IMG/VR virus record: IMGVR_UViG_3300045410_000054
Location: 1-54,020 of that record
From: a virus
Taxonomy: Duplodnaviria; Caudoviricetes
Length of the DNA stretch: 54,020 bases
Strand: one strand, 5' to 3'
The notes beneath the pieces were generated by a model that was given only the letters and a program-made list of their open reading frames with translations, was not told the origin of the DNA and did no database searches. The position numbers were made by a program, and so were the translations under genes. Shown here piece after piece: positions 9,383 to 18,397 of this stretch. Position 1 is the stretch's first letter, and every line of letters begins with the position of its first letter.

Positions 9383-9852
9383 GCGCAGAAGACCGCATGG
9401 CCGACGGCTACGAGCCACGGTTCGACATCGACTACGAAGCCGGCCACCAGGGCGAGCTGTTCGTGGCCCGGGCCATCGACGCCATGAAGGACGGATCCGC
9501 CGAGGTCAAGACCGACGACCGGGCGGTGGAGACCGGGAACGTCTACCTCGAATACGAATGCCGTTACCGCGGCGAGTGGCGTCGAACCGGCATCGCCACA
9601 AGCGAAGCCGACCTGTGGTGCCATGTCGTCGGCGAGACCGTCATCGTTGCCCCGACGCGCCGGGTCCGCGAGGTGGCCCGGTTCGCAGGGAAGTTCTCGC
9701 AGTACCGCAAGGAGCTGACCCGAGGCTCCCACCCGACGCGGGGCGTGTGCATCCCTCTGGCTATGTTCGTTGACCTGCTGCGCCGGGGTGTTCCGGAGAT
9801 GCAGCAGTCTCCGATCGACAACGGCGACGGCGACGGCGACGGCGACGCATGA
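9379..9852 (+). CDS. restriction-endonuclease-fold-like protein
   Basis: GE...EVKTD...TGNVYLE motif; translationally coupled to MT-A70. Confidence 0.55.
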   Translation: MSAEDRMADGYEPRFDIDYEAGHQGELFVARAIDAMKDGSAEVKTDDRAVETGNVYLEYECRYRGEWRRTGIATSEADLWCHVVGETVIVAPTRRVREVARFAGKFSQYRKELTRGSHPTRGVCIPLAMFVDLLRRGVPEMQQSPIDNGDGDGDGDA

Positions 9853-10100
9853 ACCACCCCGGCTCGCGTGACCACGCCCGGCAACCCGTCGAGCGGACCC
9901 CCGCCGGCTACACCACCGACGCCATCCCACCCCCAGACCTGCCCGTGCTCGTCTGCTGGTGCGGCGGCCGGTACCGCGACCACCCCGCCAGCGAAGCCGC
10001 CCACCGGGCGGTGTTCGGACACAACCCCATCCGGAAGCCCGCACCCGCCCAGGCGGAAAGCGCACCGGAGCAACACCACGAGGAAGGAGCGTCGGCCTAG
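9849..10100 (+). CDS. hypothetical protein
   Basis: Coupled ORF with CxC...H...H. Confidence 0.5.
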   Translation: MNHPGSRDHARQPVERTPAGYTTDAIPPPDLPVLVCWCGGRYRDHPASEAAHRAVFGHNPIRKPAPAQAESAPEQHHEEGASA

Positions 10101-10888
10101 TGCCATGGTTCCTGGTGGACGACCGATTCCACTCCCATCCCAAAGCGGCAGCCGCGTCGTTGGCCGCGCTCGGGCTGTGGACAGTGGCAGGGTCATGGGC
10201 TCGCGACCACCTGCAAGACGGTGAGATCCCCGAGCACATGATCACGTCGCTGTCGCGTGGCGCGACCGGACTAGCGGACGAGCTGGTGTCATGCGGGCTG
10301 TGGAGGAGGACGAAGGCGGGCTACCGGTACCACCAATGGACGGCCGACGGGGACGGATCGCCCCGCAACACGACCCGATCGGAAGCGATAGCGCAACGCC
10401 AACGCAAGTCATCGGGGGGTGCCCTCGGCAACCATCGGAGGTGGCACGCCGCCCGCGGGGTCAACGTGGACGACTGTGCCTACTGCCAGCCTAAACGTGG
10501 CTCGCCTACCGATCGGACCACCGATCGGTCTACCGATAGGGGTAGCGATCGGACTCCGAATCCCCCTGTACCTGTACCTGTACCTGGTCCTAACGGTGGT
10601 AAAGGTGGGGGAAAAAGCTCACCCACCCCGGCCGTCCACAGCCCACCGACCCCCCCTGTGGACAACCAACCCAGGCAACCCCCGCCGCGGCACTGTCCGC
10701 GCCACCCGGACGGCACAACCCGCAACTGCGGACCGTGCAAAGACGCCCGGCTGGCGTGGTTGGCGTGGGAGGCCGAACGCACCGCCCGGTGGCAGACCGC
10801 GGCCACGTGCCCCGAACACCCCGCCCAGCTCGCCGACCACTGCTCGACCTGCCGCTCAGAGCGGCTGGCCAGGAAGGACCCACCATGA
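10100..10888 (+). CDS. replication initiator protein
   Basis: N-terminus PWFLVDDRFHSHPK...ALGLW...GLW, internal DNA repeats, C-terminal CxxH/CxxC. Confidence 0.7.
   Translation: MPWFLVDDRFHSHPKAAAASLAALGLWTVAGSWARDHLQDGEIPEHMITSLSRGATGLADELVSCGLWRRTKAGYRYHQWTADGDGSPRNTTRSEAIAQRQRKSSGGALGNHRRWHAARGVNVDDCAYCQPKRGSPTDRTTDRSTDRGSDRTPNPPVPVPVPGPNGGKGGGKSSPTPAVHSPPTPPVDNQPRQPPPRHCPRHPDGTTRNCGPCKDARLAWLAWEAERTARWQTAATCPEHPAQLADHCSTCRSERLARKDPP
10506..10582 (+). repeat. four 12-bp iteron-like repeats followed by (CCTGTA)3
   Basis: CTACCGATCGGA CCACCGATCGGT CTACCGATAGGG GTAGCGATCGGA at 10506-10553. Confidence 0.75.
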
Positions 10889-11235
10889 CCACCCACCAGC
10901 CACCCGACCCGCCGCCCACCGTCAACCCGGCCGCGGAAAAGCCGCCGCGGTGCACCGCGCCCACCGCCGACGGCTCCTGCCGCTGGCCGCTCACCGCCGG
11001 CCCATGCCCGTGGCACCTGGACGCCACGCACCTCGACGCCGACCGCCGGGCCGATGCGCTCGACTCCGCCCGCCAGCTGCTGACCGAGCTGGTCAACAGC
11101 GACTCGGTCGCCATGGTCGAGATGAACATCGACCGCATCGGCGGGATGTGGCTGTACCTGGCCGAGCTGGGTGCCGCCTACGTCCGCGACGGCTCCCGCC
11201 CCGGCGACGAGGATGACCGGGACCGGCGCCGGTGA
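10885..11235 (+). CDS. hypothetical protein
   Basis: RBS GGAAGGA, ATGA overlap. Confidence 0.6.
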   Translation: MTTHQPPDPPPTVNPAAEKPPRCTAPTADGSCRWPLTAGPCPWHLDATHLDADRRADALDSARQLLTELVNSDSVAMVEMNIDRIGGMWLYLAELGAAYVRDGSRPGDEDDRDRRR

Positions 11236-11432
11236 GCGCCACCACCGCCGAGCTGTGCGGCCACCGCTGGCCGGTGCTCGTGCACCCGCCGGAGCGGCCG
11301 ATGTTGACCGCCCCCGTTTACCACGTCTGCGCTCGGGTGCCCGACCACCATGATGACCCCGACCTGCGCCGACCCGGCACCTGCGAGTGCCGGTGTGGAG
11401 CCACCACCACCCGAAAAGACACCGATGCCTGA
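11232..11432 (+). CDS. small Cys/His hypothetical protein
   Basis: Coupled ORF. Confidence 0.5.
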   Translation: MSATTAELCGHRWPVLVHPPERPMLTAPVYHVCARVPDHHDDPDLRRPGTCECRCGATTTRKDTDA

Positions 11433-11622
11433 GCAGATGTATGACCCGCAGCACCCCGAGCGCGGCTGGCAGCCCGCCGTTCCGCTGCCCTACTGGCGTC
11501 GGCCGTGGTGGCGGCTGTTCCGGCTCACGCCGGCCTGCTACCCCTGTGGCCGGCTGGCGTTTCGGACCCGGGGTGCGTATGAGACCCACTGGCGCGAGAT
11601 CCACATGGAGGCCCCCCGATGA
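11425..11622 (+). CDS. hypothetical protein with C2H2-like motif
   Basis: CYPCG...HWREIH. Confidence 0.5.
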   Translation: MPEQMYDPQHPERGWQPAVPLPYWRRPWWRLFRLTPACYPCGRLAFRTRGAYETHWREIHMEAPR

Positions 11623-11921
11623 CCACCGTCTACATCAGCATCGGCAACAGCGATGACAAGCTGACCCAGCAGGACTGGGCGGCGTACTACAGCAACACCG
11701 CCGTGGCGGTCCAGCGTGCCGCGACCACCCTGCACGGCCAGTGGGTGTCCGAACCAGCGTCGGCGTGGCAGAACGCCTGCTGGTGCATAGAGATTGGCAA
11801 GGATTCGGCCGAGCTGCTGAAGCTGCGTCTGGCGGAGATCGCGCAGGACTACCGGCAGGACTCGGTCGCGTGGGCGGTCGCCGAGACCGAGCTCATCACC
11901 ACCCAGGAGGCCCCACGATGA
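11619..11921 (+). CDS. hypothetical protein
   Basis: GGAGG RBS; protein-like sequence YISIGNSDDKL. Confidence 0.7.
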   Translation: MTTVYISIGNSDDKLTQQDWAAYYSNTAVAVQRAATTLHGQWVSEPASAWQNACWCIEIGKDSAELLKLRLAEIAQDYRQDSVAWAVAETELITTQEAPR

Positions 11922-13621
11922 CCGCCACCGACCCGACCCCGCAGCCGGCCACGCACGCGTCCGGCCCGCGAGCCGGCCAGCCGGTGACCCAGACCCCTGT
12001 CGAGCAGTTGGTGGAGCACATTGCCCACCACCGGCCCCCGGGCCGGCCGGTTGTCGACTGCCAGTGGTGTCCGGAGCCGGAGCCCGAGCAGGTGCCTGTG
12101 GTGGTGCTGGAGGATGCGCTGTGCCGCCGCGTGTGGGCCGCCGCGTACCGCGACGCCGCACGCCGTATGCGCGAGTTCCGCTACCGCCAGGCGGAGAGCG
12201 AGCTGCTCGGCGTGGTCAACTCGATTGACGCGGGGATGCCCGGCCCGTGGGCTGACCAGCCGGAGCAGCTCGCCACGCCCACCCAGCCGGCCCAGGACGA
12301 TCCGCGCGACTACTACCCGATGCATGACCACGGGTACGGCCGCCACTCCCACCACGTTGCTCAGAAGCACGCCGGCGACGTGGCCAACCCGCGAGCCAAC
12401 GACCACAGCGGCCTGCCGCGCGTCACCCAGCAGGAGGCCGACCAGCCAACCACCGGCCCCACCCCGGAGCCCACCGGCCCGGCCATCCTGGGCCGGGCGC
12501 TGATCGACCGGGATGGCGATATTTGGCCGATGCGGGCGGACGGGTCGTACGGATCAGGCCATCCCAGGGACTACTTCGACGACGCCTACGGCCCGGTGCG
12601 TGAGGTGCTGCTGGTGGACCCGTCCGTCGCCCGGGTGCTGGACGCGGTAGGGCAGTGGCGGCGCGCGTGCCGTGACGGTGACGACCCGGCGCTGTGGGCG
12701 GACGGCGCAGACCTGGCACTCATCGCCGCGTGGGACGCGCTCGGCGAGCCCACCCCGGATGACCAGTACCGCTGCCCGGTCACCCACCCAGCACACGGCC
12801 AGTGCGAGCTGTACCAGGGCCACCGCCCCGCCGACACCGACCCGGACCGCTGGCACCGCACCGGCGCGCTGCTGTGGTTGACCGACGCGGAGATCCGGGC
12901 GTGCGCGCTGCCGCCGCTGGCCTCCTACGCCGGCACCGCGGACTTACAATCCGGGCCGGCAAATGCAAGCGGGGAGCCGGCCGTCGGCCCCGGATGGGAC
13001 CGGGAGACCATCGAGCGCATCGCACGAGGCGAGGAAACCGGGGTCCGCTACGGGCTGAGGACGGAGAGCGCCGCACAACTGCGTGCCCTGCTCGCCGACC
13101 GGGACCTGCTCGCGGGCCGAGACCGGGCGCTGAGGGTCGAGGCGGAGATCAGCAACGGACTCCGCACCGAGCTGGCCGAGGTGACCGAGTCCGAGATCCG
13201 GGCCCGCGCCGACCAGGGCCGGCTGGAGGAGGAGCTGGTCGATGTCCGCAGCGAATGCGACCGGCTGCGGGGCCAGGTGCGGCTGATGCGGACCGGCGAC
13301 GCCGCGTACTGGCAGGCGCAGCAGGTGCTCGATGAGGTGCTGGGTACGCAAGAGGCAGACGGATCTGGTGGCGGCCTGGCCGACGAGGTGCGGCTACTAG
13401 CCGATCAGCGGGACGCCGCCCGCAACGAGCTGGCCACCGCCCGCCGGGACGCCGCCGCCGACGCGCTCGACTACGGGGCCCGATGGATTCGGCAGGTCTT
13501 CGCGGACGGCATCGACCCCGAGGTTGCTAAGTGCCTGGACGCGCTGGCGGTGACCACCCGCAACGGCACCCGCCCCGTCCCCGGCAGCCCGGAGCCGGAC
13601 GGAGGTGGCGACGATGGGTGA
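11918..13621 (+). CDS. large mosaic hypothetical protein with coiled coil
   Basis: GGAGG RBS; several short domains joined by Pro/Gln linkers. Confidence 0.65.
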   Translation: MTATDPTPQPATHASGPRAGQPVTQTPVEQLVEHIAHHRPPGRPVVDCQWCPEPEPEQVPVVVLEDALCRRVWAAAYRDAARRMREFRYRQAESELLGVVNSIDAGMPGPWADQPEQLATPTQPAQDDPRDYYPMHDHGYGRHSHHVAQKHAGDVANPRANDHSGLPRVTQQEADQPTTGPTPEPTGPAILGRALIDRDGDIWPMRADGSYGSGHPRDYFDDAYGPVREVLLVDPSVARVLDAVGQWRRACRDGDDPALWADGADLALIAAWDALGEPTPDDQYRCPVTHPAHGQCELYQGHRPADTDPDRWHRTGALLWLTDAEIRACALPPLASYAGTADLQSGPANASGEPAVGPGWDRETIERIARGEETGVRYGLRTESAAQLRALLADRDLLAGRDRALRVEAEISNGLRTELAEVTESEIRARADQGRLEEELVDVRSECDRLRGQVRLMRTGDAAYWQAQQVLDEVLGTQEADGSGGGLADEVRLLADQRDAARNELATARRDAAADALDYGARWIRQVFADGIDPEVAKCLDALAVTTRNGTRPVPGSPEPDGGGDDG

Positions 13622-13760
13622 TCGCTGGGAGCTGTACCTCGCCAGGCAGCGGGCGCTGGAGAGACTGGGGCGGCGCGCACGTCGGCTTCCGCTGCTCGAC
13701 TGCCCGCTCTGCTCCGGCCGGCGCCACCCGGCCGGCGGAGAGGAGCCCAGCGATGCCTGA
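13614..13760 (+). CDS. small hypothetical protein (not in ORF track)
   Basis: MGDRWELYLARQRAL...CPLC..; GGAGG RBS; fills the operon gap. Confidence 0.5.
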   Translation: MGDRWELYLARQRALERLGRRARRLPLLDCPLCSGRRHPAGGEEPSDA

Positions 13761-14022
13761 CTGGCTGCGGCGGTTGATGCCGGCCCGGTGGCGCACGACG
13801 AGCCTGTTCGCCCGGCCGGTGAGCCGGGTGTGGTTCTGGGCTCCGGAGTGGCACTGGCACGGTCTGGGCACGTTGTGGCCGGTGCACTTCGGCGGGGACG
13901 AGGCCGGCCGGCGGACGCTGGCGTTCGGCTGGACCGTGACCGGCCGCGCCATCGTGGCGATCTCCCGACCGGGCCGGCTGTCCGCCGCCCCACCCGAGCC
14001 GGAGGTGCGAGATGCCGGCTGA
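13753..14022 (+). CDS. hypothetical protein
   Basis: GAGGAG RBS, coupled. Confidence 0.55.
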   Translation: MPDWLRRLMPARWRTTSLFARPVSRVWFWAPEWHWHGLGTLWPVHFGGDEAGRRTLAFGWTVTGRAIVAISRPGRLSAAPPEPEVRDAG

Positions 14023-14233
14023 CCGCTACGACCCGGCCACCGTGGCGCTGGTGGCCGCGACGCTGGAGAGCACCTTGTCCAAGCCCATCCCGGGCGTGGC
14101 GGTGGCGGTGCTGGACGCGCTCACCACCGCCGGCTGGCGCGACCTGACCCGGGTCAGCGCCTACCATGTCGTCGGGAAGCTGTTCCACCCGGACGACGTA
14201 GCCATCTTCTACGAGGAGCACGGCGGTGGCTGA
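14012..14233 (+). CDS. hypothetical protein
   Basis: GGAGG RBS. Confidence 0.55.
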   Translation: MPADRYDPATVALVAATLESTLSKPIPGVAVAVLDALTTAGWRDLTRVSAYHVVGKLFHPDDVAIFYEEHGGG

Positions 14234-15056
14234 GTGCCAGGTGTGCGGCAAGCCGGTCCCCGACGTGGCCTACGTCGGCGCCGAGTGCGAACGCGACCTG
14301 GCCGGCCGGCTCCGCGACACGGCCGCCCTGTGGCCGGAGCTGCTCACCACCGCCGCCGGCCTGGCCCGCATGGCCGACCCGGGACCACGAGCACGTGGGC
14401 TGGCACCACCGGAGCCGATCCGCCCCGACATCGGCGGCGCCGACCAGCAGCCAGGCCCGCCCACCGGACTGCCGTTCCGCTGGCACGCCGCGGAGGTGGC
14501 CGACGCGGTCCGCAACACGGTGACCACCTGGGCGCGGCTGGTGCTGGCCGAGCGTGGCGGGCTTGTTCCGGACCCGACTACTACGCCCGGTTTGCTCCGC
14601 TGGCTGGCCGGCACGCTCGGCTGGTGCCGCTACCAGCGCTGGGCGGCCGAGTGCTGGGATGAGCTGGGTTACGCCTGCTCCCGCATCACCCCGGCGGTCG
14701 ACCGGCCACCACCCCGGTTGGACGCCGGGCTGTGCATGGCCGAGCTCGAGGACGGCACACACTGCCCCCAGCGGCTCTCAGCGCCACCAGGAGCGCGGCT
14801 CATCCACTGCCCCGGCTGCGGAGGCCACTGGGACGCCACGGACCGCTCCACGGTGATCCTGGCCGCGGCGGCGGGCATCCTGCTCAGCGCGGAGGAGTGT
14901 GCGGCGCTGCTGTCGCTGCACGGGCGGCCTACGCCGGCCAGCACGGTCCGGTCGTGGGTGTCCCGCCGGCAGCTGCTGGCACACGCCCCGGGCCGCTACC
15001 GGTTCGGTGACGCGCACGCACTGCGGGTCGCGATGAGAGAGAGGATCAGGACATGA
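14226..15056 (+). CDS. zinc-finger/HTH protein, possible late-gene regulator
   Basis: CQVC, C...C...CPGC motifs, C-terminal STVRSWVSR HTH; lies just before the packaging genes. Confidence 0.6.
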   Translation: MAECQVCGKPVPDVAYVGAECERDLAGRLRDTAALWPELLTTAAGLARMADPGPRARGLAPPEPIRPDIGGADQQPGPPTGLPFRWHAAEVADAVRNTVTTWARLVLAERGGLVPDPTTTPGLLRWLAGTLGWCRYQRWAAECWDELGYACSRITPAVDRPPPRLDAGLCMAELEDGTHCPQRLSAPPGARLIHCPGCGGHWDATDRSTVILAAAAGILLSAEECAALLSLHGRPTPASTVRSWVSRRQLLAHAPGRYRFGDAHALRVAMRERIRT

Positions 15057-15271
15057 CCTTGCACATCAGCCGCCAGTACACCTACGACGGGCCATGTCCC
15101 AGCCCGGCCGAGGTTACCGCCTTCGTCGACCTCGCCAACGGCGAGCGGCACTGGATCTGCGGTTGCGGCTTCTGCCCCGAGCCGGACCCGACCCCGGAAC
15201 AGCTACAGCAGCGGGTCCACGCCGCGGCGTGGCGACGGGCGGCCAGCACAGAGGGATGTAGCGAAAGTTGA
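15053..15271 (+). CDS. hypothetical protein
   Basis: Coupled ORF. Confidence 0.45.
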   Translation: MTLHISRQYTYDGPCPSPAEVTAFVDLANGERHWICGCGFCPEPDPTPEQLQQRVHAAAWRRAASTEGCSES

Positions 15272-15356
15272 CAGCTCAACCAATCCTTGCAACGATGGCC
15301 CTACTACGCTCGCCCCTAGTGGCTGAGCTGGTGAGGCCGGAACCCGGAGGCGACCC

Positions 15357-15617
15357 GTGACCACCCCCAACCCGGACCTCGCCGCCAAGTGGGAGCGGGC
15401 CGACGAACAGCTCACCATCCTGGTAGGCGCCGCCGCGACCGACCTACTCGCACAGCCGCCACACATGGTCGCCATCGGCCTGGCCCAACTCATGACCCGC
15501 CGCTACCCCGCCGACATCATCGTCGGCTACGCTGCCATGGCCATCACCCGGCTCGGCATGGCACAGAAGGCCCGGCTGGAAAATGACGGGGGGGCCAACA
15601 CCCCCCCCACCGGCTGA
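15357..15617 (+). CDS. hypothetical protein
   Basis: GGAGG RBS. Confidence 0.55.
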   Translation: MTTPNPDLAAKWERADEQLTILVGAAATDLLAQPPHMVAIGLAQLMTRRYPADIIVGYAAMAITRLGMAQKARLENDGGANTPPTG

Positions 15618-15618
15618 A

Positions 15619-15951
15619 ATGCCCCTGGCCCCCTGCCTCAACTGCGGGCGGCTCATTGACAAGGGGGCCTCTCGCCGGGGAGGCCGGCACAAACGCGGGT
15701 GGGGTCGCTGCGCACGCTGCGCCGCCGGCAGCTACATCAACACGGCCGAGACAGCACGACGCGCTGCGGCGGTGGCTCAACACCGGGGGCGGGTCGGCAA
15801 CTGGTGCCCCGGGTGGCGCAGGCCACCCCACCCCGCCGCGGACCTGACTGCCGATCACATCGTCGCTGTCGGTGCCGGAGGCGCGGAGGCAGGCCCGCTC
15901 GCTGTGCTGTGCCGCTCGTGCAACTCGTCTAAACAGGACGCCAGCAGGTAG
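15619..15951 (+). CDS. terminase-associated HNH endonuclease
   Basis: TADHI...LCRSCNSSK immediately upstream of terS. Confidence 0.85.
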   Translation: MPLAPCLNCGRLIDKGASRRGGRHKRGWGRCARCAAGSYINTAETARRAAAVAQHRGRVGNWCPGWRRPPHPAADLTADHIVAVGAGGAEAGPLAVLCRSCNSSKQDASR

Positions 15952-16090
15952 GGGACACCCGGGGGGCGGGGTGTCCACGTAAGTCCGACATGTCCGATAT
16001 AGGACCCGCTCTCCTCTTCTTTATCGCTACCGGTATCGCCGGCCATTTTCCGGTGCCTCATTTTCTCGGGCGGGGTAAGGAGGCAACCTG
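15952..16090. other. probable cos/packaging initiation region
   Basis: Lower-GC intergenic gap between HNH and terS, the usual cos position in HK97-like phages; exact site not identified. Confidence 0.5.
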
Positions 16091-16597
16091 ATGCCTCGCA
16101 CGAAGAAGCCGGCCGGTACCGCGGTCCGCCCGTACAACGGCCGCCGTGCCGAGTTGGTGCCCGTCCAGGGCGGTCGCTTCGACCCGCCCGCCGGCCTCTC
16201 GGAGCAGGCGCTCGCGCTGTGGGACCTGTATTGGCAGGACACCGTCGCGACGGTGGCGACCGTCGTCGACCAGGGCCTGCTGACCCGGTGGATCGGCGAG
16301 TACGACCGTTACCTGCGCACGGTCGGCGAGGCGGACCTTCAGCCGATCGTGGAAGGCTCGACCGGGCAGGCGGTGGAGAATCCGCTCTACAAGATCGCCT
16401 ACCGGGCGCTGGACGCCGCGGAGCGGTGCGAGCGGCAGTTGGGCATAGGCCCGCTGCATCGGTCGAGCCTGGGTATCGCGGTGATCACCGAGCGGAAGTC
16501 TCTGGCCGACATGAACGCACGCTACGGGGGTGCCGATGACGACGACGGCGACCCCAACGCGCAGACGGAAGCCGACCCGCGCATCATCGAAGCCTGA
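16091..16597 (+). CDS. terS: terminase small subunit (P27-like)
   Basis: GSTGQAVENPL...QLGIGPLHRSSL. Confidence 0.85.
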   Translation: MPRTKKPAGTAVRPYNGRRAELVPVQGGRFDPPAGLSEQALALWDLYWQDTVATVATVVDQGLLTRWIGEYDRYLRTVGEADLQPIVEGSTGQAVENPLYKIAYRALDAAERCERQLGIGPLHRSSLGIAVITERKSLADMNARYGGADDDDGDPNAQTEADPRIIEA

Positions 16598-18170
16598 CCC
16601 AGGTTGCCAGAACTGCGGGTGGAAGCCGGCGCCGGGCGAGCTCTGGCCATCGCACGGCAAAAATGCCGTGAAGTGGATCCAGGACAACTGCATCTGTGGC
16701 GAGGGTGACTACTACGGCCAGCTGATCAAGTTACGGGATGATCAGAAGCGCTTTCTGTGGGACTGGTACTCCTTCTGCCCGGGGTGCGGGCAGTGGCACT
16801 ATGACGAGGCGCTGCGGGGTGCGGCGACCGGCGACGGCAAAACCCAGTTCATCGCCGCGATCGTGGTGCTGGAGTTCGCCGGCCCGCCGCAGATCGCGGT
16901 CGCCTCGCCGAACATCCCGATCGCCGCCGCGAGCTTTGAGCAGGCGGACCTGCTGTTTTCGGCGGTTGCGACGATGTGTGGCGGCCGGGACCAGTCCGAC
17001 AAGGCCAGCCCGCTGTGCGGCTTCTTCGAGGTGTACGACACCGAGATCCGGTTTGCCGATGGCCGGCCGGGTCGGATCTTCCGGGTGGCGGCGGTGGCCG
17101 GCACCAACGAGGGCGGCCTGCCGAGCCTGTTCGTGTGCGACGAGCTGCACGAGTGGGGCGAGCCGGTGCGGGAGGGTCAGACCGGGGCGCGTAAGGCCCG
17201 GGTCAAGACGGTGATCGGCAAGTCGACCAAGAAGCGGCGCACGGCCCGCGGCTGCGGCCGGGTCATCTCGCTCAGCACTGCCGGGTTCGACATCGACAAC
17301 AGCCTGCTGGGCGACTTAGTGAAGCTGGGCCGGCGGGCGGTGCACGATCCGGTGGTGGCGCCGCGGTTCCTGTGCGACTGGCGGGAGGCGCCGGAGGGCC
17401 TGGACTACCGCCGTGCCGACCACCGGGAGATGGCGGTGCGGGCGGCGTCTGCCGCTGCGGATGTTCTGTGGTCGGTGGCGGACCGGGTGAACGCCTGGGG
17501 TAAGCCGGACTACCCGCCGCACGAGTGGATCCGCTACTTCGCGAACCGGTGGGTGGACACGGCTGAGGATTCGTGGCTGAAGGACCACCCGGCGGCGTGG
17601 CGGGACTGCCGCGGGCAGTGGGTGCCGGATGACGCCAACCCGTGGGTGCTCGCGGTGGACATGGCGCTCAAGCACGACTCGGTGGCGGTGGACCGGTGTG
17701 AGCAGCTGCCGGATGGTCGGGTCTCGGTGACCGCTCGGATCTGGCGGGCGGGCGACCACGGCGGGCGTATCCCGCACGACGACGTGTGGACGTACATCCG
17801 GGAGCGGGCCGCCGGGCTGGGCTTCCGTGGTGTGGTCTATGACCCGCGCTACTTCGAGGTGCCGGCCCGGATGCTGGAGCAGCATGACATCCGCGCGATC
17901 GAGTTCGACCAGTCGCCGACGCGGATGGTCCCGGCGGCCGGGCTGGCGTACCGGCTGATCACCGAGGGCCTGGTTGTCCACGACGGCGATCCGGATCTGG
18001 CCGCGCACGTGAAGGCGGCGGTGGCGGTGCCTCAGGAGCGTGGCGGGTTCACGTTGCGTAAGGGCCGTAGCAAGGGGCACATAGACGCCGCGGTGGCGAT
18101 GTGCATGGGCGTGTGGGTGCTGCACGAGGTGCCCGAACCGGTTCAGCCGTTCTTCGCGGCACGGCGTTAG
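16530..18170 (+). CDS. terL: terminase large subunit
   Basis: Walker A GDGKT, Walker B FVCDELHE, STAG, VDMALKHDS, HIDAAVA. Confidence 0.92.
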   Translation: MPMTTTATPTRRRKPTRASSKPDPGCQNCGWKPAPGELWPSHGKNAVKWIQDNCICGEGDYYGQLIKLRDDQKRFLWDWYSFCPGCGQWHYDEALRGAATGDGKTQFIAAIVVLEFAGPPQIAVASPNIPIAAASFEQADLLFSAVATMCGGRDQSDKASPLCGFFEVYDTEIRFADGRPGRIFRVAAVAGTNEGGLPSLFVCDELHEWGEPVREGQTGARKARVKTVIGKSTKKRRTARGCGRVISLSTAGFDIDNSLLGDLVKLGRRAVHDPVVAPRFLCDWREAPEGLDYRRADHREMAVRAASAAADVLWSVADRVNAWGKPDYPPHEWIRYFANRWVDTAEDSWLKDHPAAWRDCRGQWVPDDANPWVLAVDMALKHDSVAVDRCEQLPDGRVSVTARIWRAGDHGGRIPHDDVWTYIRERAAGLGFRGVVYDPRYFEVPARMLEQHDIRAIEFDQSPTRMVPAAGLAYRLITEGLVVHDGDPDLAAHVKAAVAVPQERGGFTLRKGRSKGHIDAAVAMCMGVWVLHEVPEPVQPFFAARR

Positions 18171-18181
18171 GAGGCGGCGGC

Positions 18182-18397
18182 ATGACGGTGCTCGATCGGG
18201 TTCCGGTGGAGCGGATCGTGGCGCAGGCCCGGGCGGCGGACCTCGGCCGGCTGCTGCTGGCGGTTGTGCTGGCACCGCTGTACGCCGTCGGGTGGCTGGG
18301 CGGTAAGACGCTGCTCGGGCTGGCGGTGGCCGGCACCACGGTGAAGCTGGGTTGGCAGGACGCACGGGCGACGGATGGCCGGCGTGGGGCTGGTTGA
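18182..18397 (+). CDS. small membrane protein
   Basis: Hydrophobic ORF between terL and portal. Confidence 0.6.
   Translation: MTVLDRVPVERIVAQARAADLGRLLLAVVLAPLYAVGWLGGKTLLGLAVAGTTVKLGWQDARATDGRRGAG

Noticed and set aside
15268-15296. Late promoter TTGACA-N17-AACGAT
   Set aside because: Good -35 but weak -10; insufficient support without expression data
16815-16845. Atypical terminase Walker A (GAATGDGKT) suggesting a defect
   Set aside because: GKT, Walker B and nuclease acidic residues are intact; treated as natural variation
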